DNA of 64,000 nucleotides from Eledone cirrhosa (Eukaryota). The notes beneath the pieces are model-generated. The model was not told the DNA's origin. It was given only the letters and a program-made list of their open reading frames with translations, and did no database searches. The translations under genes and the position numbers were made by a program. Where the stretch lies: positions 242,110,001-242,174,000 of the forward strand of contig OZ024743.1 of NCBI GenBank assembly GCA_964016885.1, read 5' to 3'. Below, piece by piece: positions 1 through 14,964 of the stretch. The number at the start of each line of letters is the position of its first letter. The stretch's first letter is position 1.

Positions 1-719
1 TGTGTGTGTGTGTGTGTGTGTGATGAGGATGTCTATGTGTGTGTAATAGTAAGTTTTTTTTTTCAATTTCGTGGATCTATATATTACGCATGCATTCATA
101 TATTTAACTACATGCTTATACATACCCTATGTGTATGTGGAAACATGTATATGTCACACGTACAAATGTTGACATGAAGAAGATGGATATATTACGTAGA
201 TATTATGATGTCATATGGATATAAACATTGTTTTTTCATCCATATATATATATATATGTGTGTGTATACAAAAAGTTATGAAATGAAAGGAGCTGTGTGG
301 TTACTAAAAACAAGGTTTAGGATGGTGGTTAGGACGGAACAAGAGGAGAGAGGAAGAAGGAGTTTCCATCGTCAGCTGTAAATGTATCTCAAACTGATGT
401 TTCGGCGCTGAATTACAGGACATCGGTGTAGTTCTGGTGCGCCCGAGGCCTCTTATTTATCAAAAGGCCAGGTAGAAAAGGAGAGAGAAAGAGAGGAAAA
501 AATGGAGCAAAAAGGAAAGAGAGGGAAAGGAGGAAGAACAGGGGGGGGGGGAGATGAAGAGAGAGGAAGAAGGGGGAAAATAGGAAAGGAATAGAAGAAA
601 ATAAATGAACAGATCCCATCGTGGGAAGACACAGGTGAAAGAAACATGCAAAAATGTAACCGTGGAAAAATAGGGAAAGTAAGTTGTGGCCAACCTGGGA
701 GACTTTACATATATATATA

Positions 720-856
720 TAGGAAAATGTTTAACCCCAACGGCTTGATCTCTGCCGTCGGGGTTAATCATTTTCCTATTACCCACTCTACTACCCTAAG
801 TATTGAGTACTCTGGTGCGTTATGGTCCATCTGTTCCTTACCACACCTCCTTCGCT
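720..856 (+). mobile_element. (TA)n-embedded hairpin+tail element, family B copy 1
   Basis: Inverted arms ~720-744 and ~754-778, then an ~80-nt tail (tacccactctactaccctaagtattgagtactctggtgcgttatgg...) shared with five other copies; TA runs on both sides. Confidence 0.8.
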
Positions 857-1039
857 ATATATATATATCTTTACATGTATATGTGATATGTGTGTGTGTG
901 TAGGTGTTTGTATTCCCGTGCAGCCGGAATTCGATGTCTTCACAAACTCCATATTCGATAAAATGTATCTTTGTCAAATATGAACTCGTAGTAAATTTTA
1001 GCCGAACTATTAGACCTCGCTGGTAAGACTGGGTCAATA

Positions 1040-1425
1040 TATGGGCGTGGTGGTGGATAGGTGAATGAACGTGTGAATGTATGGGTAGATTGATAGGTTG
1101 GTGAACGGGTTGGTGAATATAGTAGAGTGATGAGTTGAGTGATGGGTAGATGGGTGAAGGGCAATAGATTGATGGATGAGTAGATGGGTTGGAAGACTGA
1201 TGGGTGGGTGAATAGGTGGACGTGTAGGTGTAGGTGGATGAATAGGTGGACGTGTAGGTGGGTGATTAGAAGGATAGATAGGTTGATTAAAGCTTTGGTG
1301 GGTAAAAGGTTAAAGGGTTGGATGGGCTGTTGGGTGAATTCGTGGAAGGGTGGATTCGTAAATAGACGGATGGATGCGTGGATGTATTGATGGGTGACTG
1401 AGTGAATGGGTAGATGGATGGTGTG
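1040..1425. repeat. Degenerate (GGAT/GGGT/GAAT)n tetranucleotide tract
   Basis: Purine/G-rich 4-mer periodicity. Confidence 0.7.
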
Positions 1426-1798
1426 TTAGAAGAAGCACTTGAAGCAGAGAACAAAAGAAAAATTTGTGAAGGGATCGATGTATATTTGAATGAGTGAACA
1501 GGGGTATGTGAACGTTAATAAATTCAGAAAACGTGGATAGAATGTTATATGTTTATATTGTGTTGCACAGCTGAATAATTCTTTTGTCCAATATGAGCCA
1601 GTATATTAATTGCAATTATCACCCATTGGTGGATATTAGTTATTATGCAAAATCAAACTTAAAATATATAAATATGTGAAACTTCGGTGAGCTGTTTGAA
1701 ATATATATCACTTAACTACCAAAAGTATGAAAGGCAAAGTTTCCGTCGGCGAGATTTGAACTCAGAGCGCGAGCATAAAAAATTCCTTTATCGACCTT

Positions 1799-2030
1799 GT
1801 GGTGGATTGGCAGTATCGGTAGTAGGTCGGACGCTATGCTTTGCGGCATAGAGTTATATCCCTTTACTTCATGGGTTTAAATCCTGAAGATGTTAGCTTT
1901 ACCTTTCATCCTTACGGGGTCGATAAAATAAAGTACCAGTAATGCACTGAGATAATTGCTGGCCTTGTGCCTAAAGTAGAAACAATTATATTACCGCGGT
2001 AGATTGGCAGTATCGGTAGAACGTCGGACT
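1799..2030 (+). mobile_element. tRNA-derived SINE (family 1), full copy plus the 5' part of a second tandem copy
   Basis: A-box-like tggcagtatcggtag, decayed B box, central cctttcatccttacggggtcgataaaataaagtaccag (resembles the Meta/MESC SINE domain), 3' end ccttgtgcctaaagtagaaacaatt. Confidence 0.85.
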
Positions 2031-3015
2031 GACGAAAGGTAAGCCACGCACGGAAATAAAATCGTACTCCTAATGTTGAGCAAACCCATACATCTATATA
2101 TTGGGGAAAATATCGGCAGTATTAACAGAAATGTGTTTGTTTTTTATTCTTCCTGTCCATTACTAATGAGATAATATTTATGCGTTTGTTATGTTAAAAG
2201 ACATTTGGAAATGATGCAATGAAAATTTCGAAAATGGGGGACCGCTTTGGGATAATGCATTCAGATAAATATAACAAAGGTCTTCAATTTTTAAAAATCG
2301 GAAGGTTTGCGAAACGTCCAATTTTAATATTTCAGTCATCATCCAATATCTAAAGAGAAAATGAAAGTCTTTGACAATATATATCTTGATATAGAAAAAA
2401 GGGGAAGAATGCCACATAAAATTGGAGAAAATATTGTTATATCTGCTGTGAAGGAAGTCATAAATACTCTTATGAAACGACACCGAGATGGAGGCAAAGG
2501 AAGTTCACGTGGCAAAGCTGGAGTAAGAAGTTCGTCATGACACCAGTAATGGATGTGTGTAGAGAGTGAGAGAGATAAAGTACTCTGGCTCTCCTTTCAG
2601 GTTATTTCTCTGAATGACAAACAATTCAGTAAAATGTTATATTTATAAGACTGCAGAAGAGGGTGGCATAACGATAACATCAAAGCTTCAATAGTGTATG
2701 TTTTCTATCCAGCTGGACAGGTCAAGATTTGGAGGTTATAATATACGCATACCTTATCAAAATTATTGCAGTTGCAGTAAAAATTGAACTTTGGTGAATT
2801 TTTAAGAAGCTATGTGGTCATAATTGAAATGAGGTTCAAATGAAGGTGGATTGTCACGGTTGGAGGGCAAAATGTGGGAAATTGAATGTATAGGAGATAG
2901 AGAGAGAAGGTGAAGCATGTGATAACTATATACAAAAGAAAGAGATTTGGATAAACACAGACAAACTTTCACAACTATATGTGTGTGTGCAATATATGTA
3001 TCTGTCTGCTGCCTT

Positions 3016-3028
3016 TCTCTCTCTCTCG

Positions 3029-3061
<33 letters not shown>

Positions 3062-3071
3062 TCTCTCCCCT

Positions 3072-3114
<43 letters not shown>

Positions 3115-3199
3115 TCCTTTCTCTAACTCTCTCTCTTCCTCTCTCTCACACACTCTCTCTCTTCCTCTCTCTCACTCTCTCTCTCTCTCTCTCTCTCTC

Positions 3200-3233
<34 letters not shown>

Positions 3234-3251
3234 TTTCTCTCACTCTCCCCT

Positions 3252-3310
<59 letters not shown>
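3016..3310. repeat. (CT)n/(CA)n compound microsatellite
   Basis: Direct inspection. Confidence 0.95.
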
Positions 3311-3312
<2 letters not shown>

Positions 3313-3980
3313 GTGATATGCACTGATGCTATTTTCGCTCACCTTCCTAATTCATACATCAGATTCAACAATGGATCCTTAACTATCTTTTATTTACAAT
3401 TCACTTTTTTCTTTTCTTTTACAAACCATTCTCACTCATCTTTCCTGCGTTTTTCTTTTTTTTTGGCTTTTGTTTTTTCTCTCTTCTATTCATAGATTCT
3501 TTCTATCAATATATTTTTTAATTTTCTTCCTTCCTCTTTTTCTTCATTTCTTTACGATTTTCACCGATTTTCTTTCTTTCTTTCCCGCTCTCATTCATTT
3601 TGTTCTTTTTTTCTCCCTATAATTTTTTTTCTGTTATTCTTTTTCATTTTGCCTCTTTTTCTCACACTATTTTCCTTTAAAATATCTATTCCATGTTTTC
3701 TATTTTCTTTCACTCTCTCTTCCCCCACCCCACGCTGACTTGCATTCCTTTCTTTCTAACATACTTCTCATCTTCTTTCTTTTCTTCATTCCCTTTTTTC
3801 TACTTTCTTTCGTCTTTTCTTCCAATTTTCCTCTTTTTTTTTATTCGTTTCTTCTCACTCTTTATTTCATTTTCCCTCCCTTTCATTACTTTTTTATCTG
3901 TGTTATGTCGGGCATGAAACCCATGTATGAATGATAAATCGTATTTTATCGTATCCTTTTTATCAATACACACACACACA

Positions 3981-4076
<96 letters not shown>

Positions 4077-4535
4077 TCTGTGTGTGTATATATGTATATA
4101 TATATGTGTGTGTGTTGTGTATGTGTGTGTATAAGCTAGATATTCGCATAATGGTTAGACCGTCAAAGAGAATTACGATATATATACCGACTTTTTGTAT
4201 TTGCACTGAGGTCAAGTTTTCTCATCACACCCTTCTGGGAGTCGACAAATAAATTACCACACCAGCGCGGGAGATTGACGGAATCGGAAAGCGTCAAACA
4301 TGATACCTTGCAGTATTCGCGCAGGCTTTTTGTGTTCTAAATTCGAATACTGTCGTAGTCTGGTTTAACAATACCACGTGACCCTTGAAGGCATTTAGTA
4401 AACTCTACTCTGTTGCAAGTATTTGGGCCAAGATGCCAATTTCAGGATACTTTTCTACTCTCTGTTCCGCCCACCAATGTTTTGAAGCGATTAAATGATG
4501 TCCTGAGAAGAGCAGCATTTTGGCTTCTGACCGTG

Positions 4536-4790
4536 AAGGCGCGTGGCTTAGGGGTTAGTGTCACGATTGTAAAACCGTGTATTCGATTCCCTCCAACAAA
4601 AACTTTTATTTCACGTTATTCCAGTCTAAACTGCTAACAGAAATGAATTGTACTTACAATTCAAAAGTTCGGCTATATCACCTACTGTGTCACGCTGAAT
4701 CCCCCTGGGAGTTGTTTTAAGAGTATACAACAATTTTCACATTAATTTCACGAACCGGTTGTTCTGTTGATCAAATATCTGGAACACTCA
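4536..4790 (+). mobile_element. Diverged tRNA-derived SINE, second family
   Basis: A-box-like gtggcttaggggttag, B-box-like attcgattccc; body unlike family 1; a related antisense remnant may lie near 55310-55480. Confidence 0.55.
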
Positions 4791-4807
4791 TTATCTGAAC
4801 TATATTA

Positions 4808-5228
4808 CCGCAGCGGATTGCCAGTATCGGTAGAAGACGAACACTATGCTTTGTGATACAGAGTTACGTCCCTTTACATTCTGAGTTCAAATCCCGGCGA
4901 GGTTGACTATGCCTTTCATCCTTACCGGGTCGATAAAATAAAGTACCAGTAATGCACTAGGATAATTACTGGCCTTGTGCCAAACGTAGAAACAATTATA
5001 TTACCGCGCTTGATTGGCATTATCGATAAAACGTCTGACACCATGCTTTAAAGCATAGATTTATGGCCCTTTACTTCATGAGTTCAAATCCTGCCAAGGT
5101 TAGCTTTGCCTTTCATCCTTACAGGGTCGATAAAATAAAGCATCAGTAATACACTGGGGTCGATTAAATCGACTTTCCCCACTCCCCAAATTACTAGCCT
5201 TGCACCTATAATAGAAATCATTATATTA
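4808..5228 (+). mobile_element. Two head-to-tail family-1 SINEs
   Basis: Two repeats of A box, gagttcaaatcc B box, central domain and agaaa(c/t)(a/c)att end, separated by atattaccgc. Confidence 0.88.
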
Positions 5229-5469
5229 CCGCTTGGTAGCATTATCGTATCTATCACGGATGGAGAAACATTTTCCTTGCCTGTCTTACATATTAACGTG
5301 TATTATATTAGAGCATCATATTTTATGATAGTGGAGAATATTCGATATTATATTTAGTTAATATTGTTTAACTCAAGGTCACCACTTCATTGAGCAGATC
5401 AAAGGCCTACAAAATATAATCACATCATCTGTATTAGCCATACTAGTATTCGTTTCAAACTCTATATTT

Positions 5470-5770
<301 letters not shown>

Positions 5771-6707
5771 TATTCGTTTAATTCCAATATAATAACTTGG
5801 TTTCCATGTTCTCGTTACACCTTTATGTTGCTGCGTAACACAACTGTTCAGGTTATGTGAACCACTGTATTTTCAAATTATAAATTAAATTATTATTCTA
5901 CATCATTTTTTCTTAAAAGAAGGCATTACGTGTTGTTATAGGAAGTACGTGAGTGTCTATGTACGTGTGTTTAAATATTCTAATGATATTTATTGTATGT
6001 AATTATGTAAAAGAAGAGCGTTAAATGGGGGAAAATTAAATGATATTTTGTAAATATATACATTTGCAATAATACTGAAAAAACTGGAAAGTTATTTTTT
6101 AATGGATTAAGTCTAGTAATATCGTTAGATTTAAGTCGTAAATAGTTTGTATTTTAATGGAAATATATTGTTTTCTATCGGTATTTCATGATGCAGTAGG
6201 TACGAAACCATAATGGCATCTAAGCTAGTAATTATGGGTGTAGTAGGATGAATAAATTAGTCAAGTATGCTTATCCAATGTTGTGAATAGTTAAAGATAA
6301 GTTTCTCAAGAATACATACATAGTTTACGTACAAGGCATAAAGATAGCAATCTAATATTTTAAATATTTATTTCTCAAAAACTAGAAATGAGATATGTGA
6401 TAAATTGCCTTTGTAAAGTTTAAATAAATAATTTTGTTGATTATACCTTGTTTTAAATTGATTTGCACTTAATATGATGCAATCTATGACATTCTTATTT
6501 ATGGTATATGTGAAAATAGCTACATAGATAACGAATATTTTTTACAAAATGTTCATTGGTTTGACATATATTTTGTGAATGACATTTTGATATTCGACTT
6601 TTAACTTTCATTATACATAATTTACTTTAGATAATAGTAAATAGGCTGTGAATTGATGTATGTATATGTATATACATGTATGTGTGTGTATATGCACGCT
6701 TTTATAT

Positions 6708-6738
<31 letters not shown>

Positions 6739-6914
6739 AGTGCACACAAATACACATATGTATATATGACCCTATGTGTGTCTGTGCAACACGATTGACC
6801 TTATAAGAAAACAGATGACAAAAACAACTCATTCCACATTCAAAATCGACTTGACAGAAGAGCAAGAAACAGCAAAAAGTATGCATACATACATACATAC
6901 ATAGATACATACAT

Positions 6915-7125
6915 GATGTAACTCGATATCGAGGTATACCATCGATTGAAGCATGAGCATCACAGACGTGACTCTTTAGTCTTGCCAGGGACTTGCCTAT
7001 GACCAACCATACCATGCATCGCAACAATGTCACATAAAAAGCGATACCTGTGCTTGAAGCTTTTTTAAGTGAGGAAAAGCTTTGCACAGGGTCAATTCAA
7101 CGCTCTAAAATCGAATGCATTTAAC
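6915..7125 (-). mobile_element. Interspersed repeat ending in (ATGT)n, homologous to 50480-50705
   Basis: Matches the reverse complement of 50480-50705 (aagcatga.ca.cac.gacgtg.ct.tttagtc; gcttgaagctttt..aagtgagg.aa.gcttt; tcgaatgcattt). Confidence 0.75.
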
Positions 7126-7577
7126 CAAAAGGAACTGGTCTACATCTTTCGATTCAGGTTTTATATCAGAATGACCTTCTCCTAAAGAGATGTCTTAATG
7201 AAAACTAGGAGTCTCTTGCTCCACAAAAACATACATGCATACTTACTTACTTACTTACATACATACATACTTACTTACATACATACATGCATACATACGT
7301 ACGTACTTACATATATACGTACTTACTTACATACATACGTACTTACATACATACTTACATAGTAACATAAATAAGTATGTTTGTATACGCATATATATAT
7401 GTATACGTATATGTATATATGTACATGTGCAAGGGACGTATATGCGATGTATTTTGTACAGCATATCTAAAGAACAAATATGGAATCATTTGTTTCATTT
7501 AGTTTTGCTTTTCATGTATTTAACGTACTGAGTGATAAATAACATGTACGCATAGGTTCACACACACACACAGAAAC

Positions 7578-7620
<43 letters not shown>

Positions 7621-7664
7621 CATATATATACATAATTATACATATGTGTATATATATATATGTA

Positions 7665-7761
<97 letters not shown>

Positions 7762-7772
7762 AAAAAGAGATG

Positions 7773-7820
<48 letters not shown>

Positions 7821-8292
7821 GTATATATGTATATATACACATAGATATATACACACACACATATATATATATATATATTAACATGTACTCATGACCATAT
7901 TTTGGAGATGTGTGTGTCTGTGTGTTTGTCCGTATGTATGTGTCTCTCTCTCTGTGTCTGTGCGTGTGTGCGTGTGTGTATGTGTGTGTGTCTTTCTACG
8001 TTCAAGTGTGTTAGTGCATCAAGTTTTATTTTTTTATAGTTTCCTACAATTTCTCCTAATCCTCTCTATCGACCGAACGCCATTTTGTTTTTAGTTTTTA
8101 TTTCCCTCTTTTCTTTTGCTTGTTGCCTCGTAGTTATTCTTCTTCTCCTCCTCCTTCTTTTTCTCCTCTTTTTTCAAATTATCATCATCATCATCATCAT
8201 CATCACCACTGTTATCATCATTACCATTAATATCCTCATCATCCTCCTCGTCATCTTCGTCGTCATCAACATCATCATCATTATTATCATTA

Positions 8293-8333
<41 letters not shown>

Positions 8334-8883
8334 TTCTCTTACTCTTCCTCCTCCTCCTCCCCCAGCTACCACTACTGCTACTGCTGCTACGACTACTGCT
8401 ACTTTTAGCTTCTTTTTTTGCATTTGATAATTATTTATTTTTCTTCTTTCATCTTTCATCCTTCAATTTGTTCTTCATTACAATCACCACCAACATCACC
8501 CTCATCACTATTATCCTCAGCATGATCACCATCATCATCGTCATCATCATCATCACCACCATCATCATCATCAATATAGTCATCATACATTTCCACCATT
8601 GCTGCCCATATCCTATATGTCTTTCTGCCCTGTACCACTACAAACACACCATGTTTTGTGTGACACATACGCACACACACACATACACAAACACTCCCGT
8701 ATATATATATATATATATTGATGAACAAACGAACAACGATGGTTGTTAGACACTACGGCTTAATACGGGATGTTTGTTTACAAACACACCGAGCAACAGC
8801 CGTACTAAGAGTGGGAAATGAAATTTCGTTTCATTTTTTCCATTTATATATATATATATACATATATATATATACATATATAC

Positions 8884-9021
<138 letters not shown>

Positions 9022-9197
9022 GAAAATGTATGACCCCAACGGCAGAGCTCAAGCCGTTTCGACGGCTATTTCTGGACACGTCGAAATGAGGACCTGTATG
9101 TCGGGGTCATAAATTTTCCTATTACCCACTCTACTACCCTAAGTATTGAGTACTCTGGTGCGTTATGATCCATCTGGTTCCTTACCACAAGCCTTCG

Positions 9198-9198
<1 letters not shown>
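9022..9198 (+). mobile_element. Family B hairpin+tail element, copy 2
   Basis: gaccccaacggcagagctcaagccgtttcgacggc arm and the shared tail, between TA runs. Confidence 0.8.
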
Positions 9199-9235
<37 letters not shown>

Positions 9236-9311
9236 GTATTCATAAAAATTATGTAAATGTATATGTGTATATTTATATATATATATGTGGGTGTGTGTGT
9301 GTGTATACATA

Positions 9312-9361
<50 letters not shown>

Positions 9362-9364
<3 letters not shown>

Positions 9365-9569
9365 CGAAGGAAATGTGGTAAGGAACCAGGTGGACCATAA
9401 CGCACCAAAGTACTCAATACTTGGGGTAGTAGAGTGGGTAATAGGAACCAGTAAGACCCCGACGGCTGAGCTCAAGCCGTTTCGACGGCTAATTCTGGAC
9501 TAAGTTAGCCGTCCAGAATTAGCCGTCGAAACGGCTTGAGCTCAGCCGTCGGGGTCTTACTGGTTCCTA
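9362..9569 (-). mobile_element. Family B hairpin+tail element, copy 3
   Basis: Perfect ~59-bp arms 9442-9500 and 9511-9569; tail 9362-9441; TA flanks. Confidence 0.88.
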
Positions 9570-9629
9570 TATATATATATATATATATATGAATAAATAT
9601 ACACGTGTCAAATATATATATATATATAT

Positions 9630-9715
9630 TATCTGAATTATTGAGCCCTCTGCCACTCATGTCGGATTTTGTTTATCGTAAATTCGTGAGCTGATTTTTC
9701 GATACTCGATTATTC

Positions 9716-9720
<5 letters not shown>
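9630..9720 (+). mobile_element. Short TA-embedded element 3' end (family C)
   Basis: Reverse complement of 16995-17085 (attattgagccctctgccactcat...gatactcgattattcta). Confidence 0.7.
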
Positions 9721-9783
<63 letters not shown>

Positions 9784-10083
9784 CACTTGACATCTAGGAG
9801 CCACCAAGCTGTAGCTGACTACACGGCTTCTCACTCTTCAGCCGCCATCTTGGTTTCTCTTATCTATATAATGGACATCAAATCTTTATACCCACTTCAC
9901 CTGTTTCAATATTCACTTCGTATGTTTGTTTGTTGTTGCTGTTGTCATTGTTTTGTTTGTGTGCTTTTAAGTATTTATTATTATTTCAACACATCAAATC
10001 TTTGTATATTTTAATATTTCTCCCATCTATCTATTAACATATATATATATATATGTGTATGTGTATATATATATATGTGTGTG

Positions 10084-10121
<38 letters not shown>

Positions 10122-10145
10122 TCTGTGTATACGTGTGTATATATG

Positions 10146-10178
<33 letters not shown>

Positions 10179-10378
10179 ATAGATATATATATATACACAT
10201 ACTTATACATATACATATATATACACATATATATATATATATATATATATTTACATATACATATACATATACATATATATACACATATATATATACATAT
10301 ATATATATGTGTGTGTGCGTGTATATATATATATTATATATATATGTGTGTGTGTGTATATATATCTGTGTGTGCGTG

Positions 10379-10416
<38 letters not shown>

Positions 10417-10489
10417 GTGTGTGTGTGTATATATATCTGTGTGTGTGGGTGTATATATATATATGTGCGTGTGTGTATACGTGTGTATA

Positions 10490-10530
<41 letters not shown>

Positions 10531-10600
10531 GCTGACTATATATATATACATATACATATACATATATATATATATATTTTATATATATATATACATATAT

Positions 10601-10641
<41 letters not shown>

Positions 10642-10666
10642 TATATATGTATATACATATACATAT

Positions 10667-10783
<117 letters not shown>

Positions 10784-10850
10784 TATATATATATATATAA
10801 TTATATTTATATATATATATATATATATACACATATATATACACACGTAT

Positions 10851-10903
<53 letters not shown>

Positions 10904-10921
10904 TATTTATATATATATATA

Positions 10922-10981
<60 letters not shown>

Positions 10982-11272
10982 TATTCATATATATGCATTC
11001 ATAAACTATGTATACATATTAGCGTACATATTTATGTATCTGTGTGCATGTATGTATATCCCTGTGTCTCTTTCTCCCTATATATACATGTTAGTGTATG
11101 TGAACGTGTGTGTATGTATGTGTGTATATATGTGTGTGTGTGTTTGTGTGCATGTATTTATATCGCTCTGCCCCTTTCTCTCTCTATATATATATATGTT
11201 TGTGTATGTGTATATATATATATGTGTGTGTGTGTGTGTATGTGTGTGTGTGTATACGTGTGTGTGTGTAGC

Positions 11273-11307
<35 letters not shown>

Positions 11308-11821
11308 ATGTGTGTGTGTATGTATATGTGTGTATATATGTGTGTATGTGTGTGTATGTGTGTGTGTGTATACGTGTGTGTGTGTAGCTATATATATATA
11401 TATGTGTGTGTGTGCTTATCTATGTCTTTCTCATTAAATGCGTTCCTTGTCGTCCCTCAGGTTTTTCTCCCTTTCTCTCACATATCTTGATCGATATGTC
11501 TAACTCTTTATCTCTCTCTTTCTTTTCCCTCTCTATCACTCTTTCCCTCTCTCTCTCTCTCTCACTCTCTCTCTCTCTCTCCCTCTCTCTCTCTCGTTCT
11601 CCTACCTTCTCTCTACCTCCACCCGCACCAACACTCATCTCTCCTAAATATGTAAGTCATTTCGCAGAATTTCCATTATCTTTCCACATCTTACTTTTCT
11701 TATTAGTGTCTATATTAATACCTCTTCTTTCTCTCTTTCTCTTTCCCCTCGCTACCTCTCTCTCTCTCTCTTTCTCTTTCCCTCACTACCTCTCTCTTTC
11801 TCTCTCTTTCCCTCACTACCG

Positions 11822-11882
<61 letters not shown>

Positions 11883-11887
11883 CACAC

Positions 11888-11966
<79 letters not shown>

Positions 11967-11973
11967 TATATAC

Positions 11974-12008
<35 letters not shown>

Positions 12009-12017
12009 TATATACAT

Positions 12018-12060
<43 letters not shown>

Positions 12061-12168
12061 GTGTATATACACACACACACACATATCACATATATATATA
12101 TACACGTAAATATATATATATATATATATGGAGAGAGAGAATAAGAGAGAGAAAGAGAGAGGGACAAA

Positions 12169-12242
<74 letters not shown>

Positions 12243-12752
12243 CGACAGAGAGAATATACAAATACATGTAAACATGTTTATGTGAGTATATGATATAATG
12301 TAAATATTACTATAGGTGTAAACCATGTCTTGTCCAATACTTGATATATATTTATACATATGTCCACATTTATGTTTGTGTGTTAGAATGAGATATGAAC
12401 TTGAGAATGTGTCTTTATGCATGTGTATCTGTGCATGTGTGATATGTGTGTTTGTGTATGGATTTATGTATGAGTTTACGTGTGTGTGTTTCTTCGGTAT
12501 TGCAACAGAGCAAAACCTTACACCATTTCTGTCTTCTTTATTTACTATATTTCTTGCTTTGCTTCCTTTCTTCTGTCTTTCTTTCTTTCTTTATTTTCTT
12601 TCTTTATTTTTCTTTCATTCTGGAAGGTTTATCATTGATGTCGGTCCTTAACAAAAGCATTTATGTCTCACCGGCTGCATATAATATCTAAAATATCTTA
12701 TATGAATGAAACTTTTAAAACATGTGTGTATATATACACACACACACACACG

Positions 12753-12813
<61 letters not shown>

Positions 12814-12857
12814 ATACACACACATATATACATATATATACATATATATATATATAT

Positions 12858-12919
<62 letters not shown>

Positions 12920-12955
12920 TTATACATATTTATATATATGTATATACATATATAT

Positions 12956-12999
<44 letters not shown>

Positions 13000-13205
13000 A
13001 CACAAATATATATATGTGTGTGTGCGTGTGTGTGTGTGTATGTGTGTGTGTGTGTATAATTCCTTTGACAGTCTCAATCATTTGACTGCGGCCATGCTTA
13101 AGCACTAACTTCAAAAGAATTAGTCAATCATAATCAGACCCATTACTAATTTTTGAATATCCATTTGTCAAGCTGTTAAATTACGGGATATAAAAAAAAG
13201 TTTAA

Positions 13206-13242
<37 letters not shown>

Positions 13243-13804
13243 TATTTATATACATATATACATACATACATAAATGCATGCATACACACATCCATACATG
13301 CACACACACACACACATACATACATACATACATACATACACGTATTTATGATCATATAATGTTACCCACAACTTCGCTTTGAGCATCGAAGATTGGAATC
13401 ACATACTATAAACACACATTTGATGTATGAAGCTATAAATATTTCTAATATTCTGTGATTTACCTATAAACTGCGTCTAAGTTTGTTTATTTAATGGCAA
13501 ATGTAAACATATTCGTACGTATGCCTGAGAATTATTCTAATCATGAGATAAATATATATATCAACAATAGAAGTACATGTTTGACGGCTGTCGTTGTGTT
13601 TGTCTTTGTATTTGTAAAATCTGTATGTGAAGATTTCTTGAGAGTTTTATGTGTGGGAAAGTACATTTATAAGAAGGTTTCCATAGATGTTATCTGCCTG
13701 TTCAAGGCAGGGATTAGGTACAGACTAGATATGAAATGAAGGCCCTATTTGAAGCTGCTAAATACAAATAACTTACGTATGTGTTACGCATATATAAACA
13801 CGTG

Positions 13805-13960
13805 TACGCCTTCTCCATTCTGTCCGCCGGGGCTGTGGCGAGGCCAGCACGTGGGACCCCATTTGTACATCATACAGAAGATGGGGAATGCGAGAGAGAT
13901 GGAGGCGATGACAGTGGGAGTCCGGCTCTTCCACGTTCGGACCATATCATTGTGGTTGTG
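13805..13960 (-). mobile_element. Possible CR1/L2-type LINE 3' remnant
   Basis: GC-richer island; minus-strand VRTWKSRTPTVIAS loosely resembles the C-terminal WNxLP motif. Confidence 0.3.
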
Positions 13961-14101
13961 TTCATTATCTAAAGAGTTCATTCTAGATATACACTATATA
14001 CTAAGGTAAACAGCGTTATTTTAACTAGTTCTCCAGTACTTAATATTTACAATTAACAGAACATGAAGGAAGTAGCTTTCCTAACAAAATCACAAACCCA
14101 C

Positions 14102-14421
14102 GCCAATCGGGTCCCCTACTCCCACTTCTCTCCTAGCCAGGGCCAATCGGGTCCCCTACTCCCACTTCTCTCCTAGCCAGGGCCAATCGGGTCCCCTACT
14201 CCCACTTCTCTCCTAGCCAGGACCAATCGGGTCCCCTACTCCCACTTCTCTCCTAGCCAGGGCCAATCGGGTCCCCTACTCCCACTTCTCTCCTAGCCAA
14301 GGCCAATCGGGTCCCCTACTCCCACTTCTCTCCTAGCCAGGGCCAATCGGGTCCCCTACTCCCACTTCTCTCCTAGCCAGGGCCAATCGGGTCCCCTACT
14401 CCCACTTCTCTCCTAGCCAGG
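14102..14421. repeat. 40-bp minisatellite, 8 near-identical copies
   Basis: Unit gccaatcgggtcccctactcccacttctctcctagccagg; about two substitutions across the array. Confidence 0.97.
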
Positions 14422-14479
14422 TTCTATGTACATTAAGTTCAAACAAAATAAAAGTAGGAGTAACAGTTATTGGAAAGAC

Positions 14480-14762
14480 TGGTGCTGGTTGTTATTGCTG
14501 TTGTTGTTATTGCTGTTGTTGTTGTTGTTGCTCTTGTTTTTGATGCTGTTGTTGTTTTTGTTGATGTCGATACGGTTCTTTCTGTTGTTGTTGGTGGTGG
14601 TGGTGGCGGTGGTGTTGGTGGCGGTGGTGGTGGTGGCGGTGGTGGTGGTGGTGGTGGTGCTCTTGTTTTTGCTGCTTCTTTTGTTGGTGATGTTGCTCTT
14701 GTTGCTGTTGCTATTGCTGCTGCTGTTGTTGCTGTAGTTGTTACTGTTGTTGTTCTTTGTGC

Positions 14763-14815
<53 letters not shown>

Positions 14816-14906
14816 CTGCTGCTGCTGTTGTTGTTGTTCTTGTTGCTGCTGTAGCTGTTGCTGTCGTTGTTGTTGTTGTTGCTGCTGTGGCTGCTGCTGC
14901 TGCTGC

Positions 14907-14964
<58 letters not shown>

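Noticed and set aside
2025-2070. CTGACGA...GAAAT hammerhead-like motif
   Set aside because: No stem I or II; sits at a SINE truncation junction
9511-9545. Complete hammerhead in family B
   Set aside because: Only stem plus CGAAAC is present; no CUGANGA and no consistent NUH across copies
14102-14421. CRISPR-like array
   Set aside because: Contiguous units with no unique spacers, eukaryotic context and no cas genes
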